DNA of 64,000 nucleotides from an uncultured Candidatus Saccharibacteria bacterium (GTDB lineage Bacteria; Patescibacteriota; Minisyncoccia; Ryanbacterales; GWA2-47-10b): NCBI GenBank assembly GCA_964356915.1, contig CAYHJF010000003.1, positions 17,579 to 81,578 of the forward strand, read 5' to 3'. Shown piece by piece: positions 57,818 to 64,000 of this stretch (position 1 is its first letter; each line of letters starts with the position of its first letter). The notes under the pieces were generated by a model. It saw only the letters and a program-made list of their open reading frames with translations, ran no database searches and was not told where the DNA came from. The position numbers and the translations under genes were made by a program.

Positions 57818-59326
57818 TTAAAAATATCTGCGCTTTAAGAAAAGCACTACGCTCCCACATAAAATTCCTGCGATAATGCTACCAAAAAAGAATGTGGTGT
57901 TTGATATTTTCACTCCCTCATAAATCGAAGCTTGCTGATCGATAGACTTCGTAGGCTCCTGATGAGATTCCTCTTCTTTATCAACAATGGCGGGCTTTGG
58001 TTCTTCACTTTTCTCTACTGCGCGAACTAAGATCGGATTACTATTTTGTACCACAGACTTCTCACGCCCCGGTGTAGGACTACCAACAATCACTCCTGTC
58101 TGTGATTTTGTAACGGATACGCCATCTCCTACCGTGCCTGTATATATAAGACTGGATGCCTCTTTCCCCGTAGGGTACAAAAGGCGCACGGACGGATTAG
58201 TCGCTGAAATTTTAATCCCGAACGATGCCAGCGGAAAGACGACTTGAGACACTCGATCAAGCGTTGTTCCTTTTGGCAGTGTGTAGCGCGTCATCGTGTT
58301 CGTTTCAAGAACCCATCCACTCACATCAATAGCCCCACCTGAAGGATTTACAAGTTCAACCCATGCATCGTTTCCAGGAAAAATCTCGCCAATGAAGATG
58401 GGGCTTTGTTCAATGAGAACCGCCGCTCTATCTTCAGCTGACTCCTCCCCTTGAGCAATAATCAAAGATGCACTGTATGTTCCAGGGAATAAATACGCAT
58501 GAGAAACATTCTTTCCTTCCTGTACTGCTCCGTCGCCAAAATTCCATACATATCTAATATGTTGACTCTCGAGTTTTTCATCACTCCACCCAAGTGCCGT
58601 ACCTGAAAACAAAACTACTCCACCGACAACTCCTTGTTGATCAGACCCGGCATATGCTCGAATCTTCTTCACCTCCGTTGGACCTGAATATACTTTTGCA
58701 CCAGTACTCTCTGAGTTACCCTGACTCCCTTGAGTCACGGGCTGCTCTACTATTTCGGGTTTTTGAGTACTCATTTCCCATGCGCTCACACCCGTATCAT
58801 TTATTTTCCGTCGAAGCGCGATTCCTTCTTGAGCACTATCAACAACTACAAAATCTCCTTTCTTCCATAACCCAGCGCCCTCCGCGGTCGATTCCCATGT
58901 TTTACCTTCTCGTCCATATTGTACAAAATCAACTATCGTATCAGCCGTACGATCACTCGAAGAAAAAAGTGCGACAGATCCAGACGTATTCCCCATGTTA
59001 CCTGTAGCGCCTGAATGATATAGTGCCGTCAGAGACTCGCTCCCCGTAGAACGTAAATAAATAAAAAGAGAGGAACCGCCGGCAAGCTCTCGTTCTGGGA
59101 ATGAAAAATACCCCACTCCATCTGGATACAACGTCCACCCCGTAAGCGATATAGCTTCGGAACCACTATTTGTTATTTTGATATATTCATACCCCGTATC
59201 AACACCTGTAGGATTAAACATAACTTCCGAAAGAAAAATCCCAGAACGTGCATGAGCAAGTCCTGGGATTCCTAGCAATCCTACTGAGAGAAGAAAAAAG
59301 TATTTTTTTAGTTTCTTGAGCCTCAC
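57818..59326 (-). CDS. Secreted/anchored protein with two lamin-tail (LTD) domains and a central PKD-like domain. It has a signal peptide and a C-terminal TM anchor.
   Basis: SEVMFNPTGVDTGYEYIKITNSGSEAISLTGWTL and GEIFPGNDAWVELVNPSGGAIDVSGWVL are LTD motifs. IRYVWNFGDGAVQEGKNVSHAYLFPGTYSASLII is PKD-like. FFFGSIIAGILCGSVVLFLKRRYF is the C-terminal anchor. Confidence 0.65.
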   Translation of the reverse strand: MRLKKLKKYFFLLSVGLLGIPGLAHARSGIFLSEVMFNPTGVDTGYEYIKITNSGSEAISLTGWTLYPDGVGYFSFPERELAGGSSLFIYLRSTGSESLTALYHSGATGNMGNTSGSVALFSSSDRTADTIVDFVQYGREGKTWESTAEGAGLWKKGDFVVVDSAQEGIALRRKINDTGVSAWEMSTQKPEIVEQPVTQGSQGNSESTGAKVYSGPTEVKKIRAYAGSDQQGVVGGVVLFSGTALGWSDEKLESQHIRYVWNFGDGAVQEGKNVSHAYLFPGTYSASLIIAQGEESAEDRAAVLIEQSPIFIGEIFPGNDAWVELVNPSGGAIDVSGWVLETNTMTRYTLPKGTTLDRVSQVVFPLASFGIKISATNPSVRLLYPTGKEASSLIYTGTVGDGVSVTKSQTGVIVGSPTPGREKSVVQNSNPILVRAVEKSEEPKPAIVDKEEESHQEPTKSIDQQASIYEGVKISNTTFFFGSIIAGILCGSVVLFLKRRYF

Positions 59327-60111
59327 AGTGTTTGTAACTCTTCTTGAATTGCTTTCTCAGCGGCAACATTCTTTGCTGTATGTGCGCGCTCAATTGCTTT
59401 CTGATAGTACTCTTTAGCAAGCTCGATCTGATTTGTCTCCCTATAATACCGCGCAAGACTTACTACTAAAGAAATATCTCCCACGTTCTTCGCTATACCA
59501 TCTTTTAAGACGTCGTCTGCTTTATCAATCTTTGCCGTATATTGATATCGATAGAACTCATAAAACCCTTGATAAAACCCGACCTCATCCGATTTAGCAG
59601 CAATTGCCTTTTTATACATCGCCTCTGCTCTTGGATAATCCTTAAGAGCCTCAGCATAAAGGTTTCCCAAATTCCACTGAACAATGTGATTCCCTGGCTG
59701 AAGCGCTAATACATACTGCCAAACCTCTTCTGCTCCGCGGTAATCTCCGATCATCTTCAGATTGAGCCCAAGCTCCGTCCATACGTCAGTCTTTTTCCCA
59801 TCTTTCTTTAACTGACCGACTAACTCACCAATACGAGAAAATATCACCTTTTTAGTAGCCTCCGAGAGGGTTGCATCTCCAACAACGACTTGGCGGTCTA
59901 AATTTGGCTGCTTTACCTGTGACCCTTCGCCGGTTTCAGGAGTTACCTGAAATTGACCTTCTCCCTCAACTCCCTTATTGATAACGCCCTTATTCTTATC
60001 AATATTTTCATGCGAACCAAAGATCCCAGACTTATACACCCCGAACCCAACAGCAATGACTACAAGCCCTGCCGCGAGGCCATAATACGCTTTCTTATTC
60101 ATAAGCTTCAT
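59323..60111 (-). CDS. TPR-repeat protein with an N-terminal TM/signal anchor.
   Basis: MKLMNKKAYYGLAAGLVVIAVGF followed by at least 4 TPR units (WQYVLALQPGNHIVQWNLGNLY..., AKEYYQKAIERA...). I used the MKLMNKK start (60111) rather than the ORF track 60204. Confidence 0.65.
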   Translation of the reverse strand: MKLMNKKAYYGLAAGLVVIAVGFGVYKSGIFGSHENIDKNKGVINKGVEGEGQFQVTPETGEGSQVKQPNLDRQVVVGDATLSEATKKVIFSRIGELVGQLKKDGKKTDVWTELGLNLKMIGDYRGAEEVWQYVLALQPGNHIVQWNLGNLYAEALKDYPRAEAMYKKAIAAKSDEVGFYQGFYEFYRYQYTAKIDKADDVLKDGIAKNVGDISLVVSLARYYRETNQIELAKEYYQKAIERAHTAKNVAAEKAIQEELQTL

Positions 60112-60146
60112 TCTAAGAAGCAATGGGATTTTTTTCAAGACAAAAC

Positions 60147-60170
60147 AAAAACCCCCTTTCGGGGGTTTTT
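60147..60170 (-). terminator. Rho-independent terminator of the giant surface-protein gene.
   Basis: aaaaa-ccccc-tttc-ggggg-ttttt, 43 bp downstream of the minus-strand stop at 60213. Confidence 0.65.
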
Positions 60171-60212
60171 GCCTAGCCTCTCGCCACAAGTGACGAAAGC
60201 ACAAGTGCTAGA

Positions 60213-63200
60213 TTAGTTTGACCGTGTGAACGAGCGGGATGAGAGGTCGTTTGTCAACGTATCTGTGCCAGTCGTTGGTACGCCAAAACCGTTTGTGAAG
60301 TCATTTGTTGCTGCAACAACGGTTGTGGTTGCCTGTGGCGACCAGATAAAGTCGTCTTCACTACCTGCGTCAATCGCGACCGCATCATTCATATACGCTG
60401 TACAGCCTTGCTGAGTCGCGTTGGTTGCGTCTGAACATACTGCGTTCGTAGCATCCAAGCTTGACGTACCTGGGTATGTGCTGTCACCCAAGAGCTTAAC
60501 TGTAAGAGTATCTGTTGTTCCCGCTGAACCTGTTGAAGTAACAGTGTCAGCTTTCAAGGTGAACGTCTTTTCTCCACCTGCCGCGACAAAGCGATCTGTT
60601 GCGGTTGAATCGAAGACGATTTCCAAGAGGTAGTTTGATCCTGATGTAACTGGGTTAACCGCAGTTGCATTCACTGCACCGTTCGGACCATAGAGTTTGT
60701 AGTCTTGGACCGTAAGAGCAGAACTTGACGAGATCTGGAACGAAACCTTATAGAGGAATGCTCCGTTCGCCGAGGCTGGATCAGCCTCTACCTTGAACTT
60801 GTAGAGATCACCACCTGCTGACAACGAAGTTGAACTCGTTGAATCAGTTACTGTGATAACCGTCTTGAACATACGTACACCGGCGACTGAAGTGCTCGAG
60901 GTTGAACCTGATGTTGCTGTTGCGCCAGATGAAACACCCGTTCCCTTCGTGTCTACGTAGTTGGTGCCATCGTAATCAACAGAGATCAAGTGACCCTGAA
61001 TACCGTTTTGTGAAACGCCGATATCTGAGAGATCACCCTTTACAATCATGATTGCATCGCCATCCTTTGGAATTTGGAATCCTGAGATGGTTGTTGACGC
61101 GCGGGTGTTGCCACCAGGGAACGAAAGTGTTCCTACGAGCGTCGTGCCGTCAGACTTGTAAAGTTTCACCAATTGACCCACAAAGTCTCTTGATGTACTG
61201 GACGCCGTGTTCGTAAGCCGGAGAGCAACCTGTGTAAGATCGATTGCTTCGTTTGTTGCGTGGAACTTGAGGCGTGAGAGCACTACGTTTGTTGATCCAG
61301 CACTTGCGTGGCGGTATGCCAAGCTTGCCGCTGTATCTTCAGTTACCGTAAGTGATCCGCTTGAGGTTACGGTCATTTTCTGGCCGTTACCACCTGAAAC
61401 TGATACTGTCGCGCTCTGACCAGATGTCTGGCCTGTTGCGGTGATTGATGCGCTCTGGTTCAAGCCCCATGCGAAAGCGCCTGAGGAAATTGATCCTGGA
61501 ACGTCACATGACATCGCAAGCGATTTCACTGTGCCCTTCACAATCTTCAACGGTGTGTCGAAGGTAAATGATGAGGAGGAAGCGGTTGCCGTTGGATTTA
61601 CGCGGTTTGATCCGGTCGTAAGAACCGAGGTTCCGTCTTTCAATTCACAGTTGTTCAAGTGCGTGCTGCCACCATACGAGTTGTATGCGAGCGGCAAGGT
61701 TGAAACCTGAATGTCTTCACCTGAAGCTGTCGTATCAATCTGATAGTTTGCAAATGTGAATTTGCCACCAGCAACGATTGTTTGTGCAACCGGGCTTGCG
61801 GAAACGCTCACATTGACCGTAGCAGATTTGACCGTCATCGCGTTGCCAGTGATCGTGCTCGCAGGCGTTACGATGATCGAGTTACCAGTCTGTTGACCAG
61901 TGATACTTGACCAGTTCGAGTTTGCTGAAGCAGATGCTGCTGGTGTTGTCGATGCCGTTACTGATGTGTTGTTCGCTACTGATGTTGGGATCTTACCCTT
62001 CAAGGTGTAAACGCCCTTTCCGATAGGATAAGTAATCGTGTCAGTAAAGGTTACAACGTGACTTGAAGTATCAACTGGACCAGCGACGATGTTTCCGTTA
62101 GGACCAACGAGCGTTACGCTTGTTGGGTTTGCACCGCTGATGCGGAAGATTGTACTTGCAACTGAGATTGGCTCACCCTTTACTTCAACTTCGAAACCGC
62201 CAAGTGGCTGGTCTGCGAGGTTTACAGCAATGTTTTGAGCAGCAACTGTATTACCCTTTGAAAGGTTGATTGAACCGTTCGAAACGGTAAATACGGATGC
62301 GTCAAACCATGGGTTTGTTGAACCGAAAAGTCCGGAGCTACCATCGGTTGGAGGCGTAATGCCATAACCATAGGTTTCACCAGTTACGTTGATATCAGTG
62401 TTTCGATAAATATCGAATGCAACTGTTCGGCCTGAACCACCAACAATGTCACCCTTCACCGTAATTTCGGCTGAGGAACCTTTGTCGAGTAATTTTGGAC
62501 CTACGTTTGCTGTGTAGTATTTACCGTCAGATGAAATCATCGCGTCATAGCTCGTGCCATCAACCCATACCTTGATATTTGCAAGGTCACCAGCTGAAGC
62601 TGAACCTGACTGATTGAAACGAATTGAGTTGAACTTTACCTTCTCATTTGAGCCGGCTGTCAATCTAAAGCGAGCAAAAGTTAATCCTGTTGAACCAACT
62701 TCTTTTGTCTGTGCTGTGATTGAGTCAACGTTCGTCATCGTGACAGAACCTGTTGCCAATGTCGCATTGATCACGTGGCCAGCACCAACGATTGGAAGTA
62801 CTCCATTCACTGTTGCTGTCGTGTTTACTGCGTTTACTGACAAGAAGACTACTTCACCAGCCTTCACTGTTGCCTGCGCAGCCATGTTACCAGCGATGGT
62901 CATGATGCGAGACTGACCGGCCTTTACAATGAAAGGCTCTGTCAATGTTGTCTGATGATTTGAGTTTAATGTCTTTGCAATACCGAGTTGGTTGCCCTGC
63001 TCGTCGAGCAAGACTACACCAGCGATGTTTGCATCAACGGAAGGACCTGTGCGCTCAACGACAACGCCATCTACGCGTACATCTCCATCTGACGATGCAG
63101 TGAAGGTAACTTTCGTAAATGGAACACGTGCTGCGTTAAACGGTGCAAGACCTGCTGCTGGCTGGGTTGCCGCAGAGACATTCAAACCTGTACCTGTAGG

Positions 63201-63758
63201 CGTCGTGCCTGTACCAGTACCTGTTCCCGTCCCTGTGCCTGTTCCTGTGCCACCCATCGCGACAAGTGCCGCGCGAGTCTTAGGACCAAAGTAGCCTGCT
63301 GCTGGCGCAACGCCATTTGCTGCTTGCCACTTACCGAGTGCCATGGATGTCTTTGAACCAAAGTATGTTGTTTCACTGCCTGCTGAGCCAACGCCTGAAG
63401 CTGCTACTGTGTAGCCCTTGGCGTTAAGCCATTTCTGCAAGCATTTCACATCTTCACCTGTCGAACCTACTGTGAGGTCGCGGGTAAAGTTGCAATCAAC
63501 CATTGAACCGCCGCCCATACTGCCACCACCTGTCGGTGTACCGCCAGTGAGTGAAGTCTTGACGTTATTGATTGTAGTCGTGTCAGCCCCGAAAGACTGC
63601 AACAAACCGACAATCGAATCAATCTGGCCTTGCGTCAACGCTGCTGCGTTTGCTGCAAGCGGCAATAATGCCGCGCCACCAGAAAGCGATACAACTGTTG
63701 TTGCGCTCAAGAAAACTGAGAGAGATTTTCTCCCAAAATTTCTCAACGATTTATTCAT
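60213..63758 (-). CDS. 1181-aa secreted surface protein. It has a signal peptide, a PG_binding_1 domain, a (GT)n linker, and a long Ser/Thr/Gly/Val-rich beta-rich region (S-layer/adhesin-like).
   Basis: N-terminal signal peptide. DVKCLQKWLNAKGYTVAASGVGSAGSETTYFGSKTSMALGKWQAANGV is the peptidoglycan-binding-domain consensus. This is followed by GGTGTGTGTGTGTGTGTTPTGTG. The remaining roughly 950 aa are low-complexity T/S/G/V/N-rich, with no C-terminal anchor. Confidence 0.7.
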   Translation of the reverse strand: MNKSLRNFGRKSLSVFLSATTVVSLSGGAALLPLAANAAALTQGQIDSIVGLLQSFGADTTTINNVKTSLTGGTPTGGGSMGGGSMVDCNFTRDLTVGSTGEDVKCLQKWLNAKGYTVAASGVGSAGSETTYFGSKTSMALGKWQAANGVAPAAGYFGPKTRAALVAMGGTGTGTGTGTGTGTGTTPTGTGLNVSAATQPAAGLAPFNAARVPFTKVTFTASSDGDVRVDGVVVERTGPSVDANIAGVVLLDEQGNQLGIAKTLNSNHQTTLTEPFIVKAGQSRIMTIAGNMAAQATVKAGEVVFLSVNAVNTTATVNGVLPIVGAGHVINATLATGSVTMTNVDSITAQTKEVGSTGLTFARFRLTAGSNEKVKFNSIRFNQSGSASAGDLANIKVWVDGTSYDAMISSDGKYYTANVGPKLLDKGSSAEITVKGDIVGGSGRTVAFDIYRNTDINVTGETYGYGITPPTDGSSGLFGSTNPWFDASVFTVSNGSINLSKGNTVAAQNIAVNLADQPLGGFEVEVKGEPISVASTIFRISGANPTSVTLVGPNGNIVAGPVDTSSHVVTFTDTITYPIGKGVYTLKGKIPTSVANNTSVTASTTPAASASANSNWSSITGQQTGNSIIVTPASTITGNAMTVKSATVNVSVSASPVAQTIVAGGKFTFANYQIDTTASGEDIQVSTLPLAYNSYGGSTHLNNCELKDGTSVLTTGSNRVNPTATASSSSFTFDTPLKIVKGTVKSLAMSCDVPGSISSGAFAWGLNQSASITATGQTSGQSATVSVSGGNGQKMTVTSSGSLTVTEDTAASLAYRHASAGSTNVVLSRLKFHATNEAIDLTQVALRLTNTASSTSRDFVGQLVKLYKSDGTTLVGTLSFPGGNTRASTTISGFQIPKDGDAIMIVKGDLSDIGVSQNGIQGHLISVDYDGTNYVDTKGTGVSSGATATSGSTSSTSVAGVRMFKTVITVTDSTSSTSLSAGGDLYKFKVEADPASANGAFLYKVSFQISSSSALTVQDYKLYGPNGAVNATAVNPVTSGSNYLLEIVFDSTATDRFVAAGGEKTFTLKADTVTSTGSAGTTDTLTVKLLGDSTYPGTSSLDATNAVCSDATNATQQGCTAYMNDAVAIDAGSEDDFIWSPQATTTVVAATNDFTNGFGVPTTGTDTLTNDLSSRSFTRSN
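63186..63252. repeat. Imperfect hexanucleotide tandem repeat (cctgtN)n encoding the Gly-Thr linker.
   Basis: cctgtacctgtaggcgtcgtgcctgtaccagtacctgttcccgtccctgtgcctgttcctgtgcc. Confidence 0.6.
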
Positions 63759-63883
63759 GTTGTATATAATTTTCTATTAATTTCTTCTGTGTTCTCTTCA
63801 TCTCTCCTCGACCAAAGGAGCAGACCTTAAGAACATTCATCATGCACTTCTAATAATTTTACGAAGGAGCAGATCTTGTTATC

Positions 63884-63926
63884 CAGCTCCTACTTCGAAC
63901 GCCGTAAGCATGCGAAGTAGGAGCTG
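63884..63926. promoter_or_regulatory. 14-bp perfect-stem hairpin in the upstream or leader region of the surface-protein gene.
   Basis: cagctcctacttcg (63884-63897), a 15-nt loop, then cgaagtaggagctg (63913-63926). Confidence 0.4.
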
Positions 63927-64000
63927 AAACCGACCATGATAAACTCCTTGCCTGATGACAAAATAGTTTTCGATCTCTTTATTAAATTTTCAAAGTTCAC

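Noticed and set aside
63186..63252. Hexamer tandem repeat as a CRISPR or other non-coding array.
   Set aside because: It lies in frame inside a CDS and encodes a (GT)n linker. It has no spacer-repeat architecture and no cas genes.
60213..63758. Higher GC content of the giant surface-protein gene as evidence of horizontal acquisition.
   Set aside because: The shift is explained by Gly/Ala/Thr/Val-rich composition (GGN, GCN, ACN and GTN codons). The flanking terminators and operon partners look native.
1..64000. Mobile elements, integrases, CRISPR-Cas, toxin-antitoxin or restriction-modification systems.
   Set aside because: No transposase, recombinase, Cas, reverse-transcriptase or nuclease-like ORFs were recognised. 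The methyltransferases here are small-molecule or sugar class I enzymes and lack DNA-methyltransferase motifs.

Overview
This 64-kb window is almost entirely a cell-envelope glycan and glycosylation island. The organism is low-GC and has compact operons; several starts are TTG/GTG, and the ORF track renders these as M.

The split transketolase, the many GT-C enzymes and the lamin-tail-domain protein are reminiscent of CPR/Parcubacteria-like genomes, but this is only an impression.

Housekeeping genes sit at the left edge: a partial secA on the minus strand (the ORF track called its antisense), hpf and murB. From about 2.5 kb to 57.8 kb there are roughly 45 genes:
- an initiating polyprenyl-phosphate hexose-1-phosphate transferase (WbaP-like);
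- an O-antigen-ligase/TPR protein;
- a Wzx-like flippase;
- five polyprenyl-phosphate sugar synthases (GtrB/ArnC/DPM1-like GT2) and one further GT2;
- five or six GT-C (ArnT/PMT-like) membrane glycosyltransferases, one fused to a PQQ beta-propeller;
- ten GT4 (GT-B) glycosyltransferases;
- a CDP-hexose module (rfbF, a 4,6-dehydratase and an epimerase) co-operonic with a split transketolase;
- a GDP-6-deoxyhexose amino-sugar module (gmd, an FdtA-like cupin, DegT, a methyltransferase and a Nudix protein);
- a carbamoylation/acylation module (NodU-family carbamoyltransferase, an SxtJ-like protein, an unannotated 52-aa DUF5989-like ORF that I found, and an SGNH hydrolase).

The most unusual content:
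(a) an operon of two tandem divergent RtcB-like proteins (the second lacks the nucleophilic His) followed by a CDP-alcohol phosphatidyltransferase;
(b) an operon of a GtrB-like GT2, a nitroreductase fusion, a QW-motif toroid-like protein, a VTC/CYTH-like domain protein and a DUF4956 membrane partner;
(c) a membrane-anchored CotH-kinase-like protein with a beta-helix.

The right end encodes an LTD/PKD surface protein, a TPR protein and a 1181-aa Ser/Thr/Gly-rich surface protein. That protein has a peptidoglycan-binding domain and a (GT)n linker, and is a plausible glycosylation target.

I saw no CRISPR array, no transposase or integrase, and no rRNA or tRNA.
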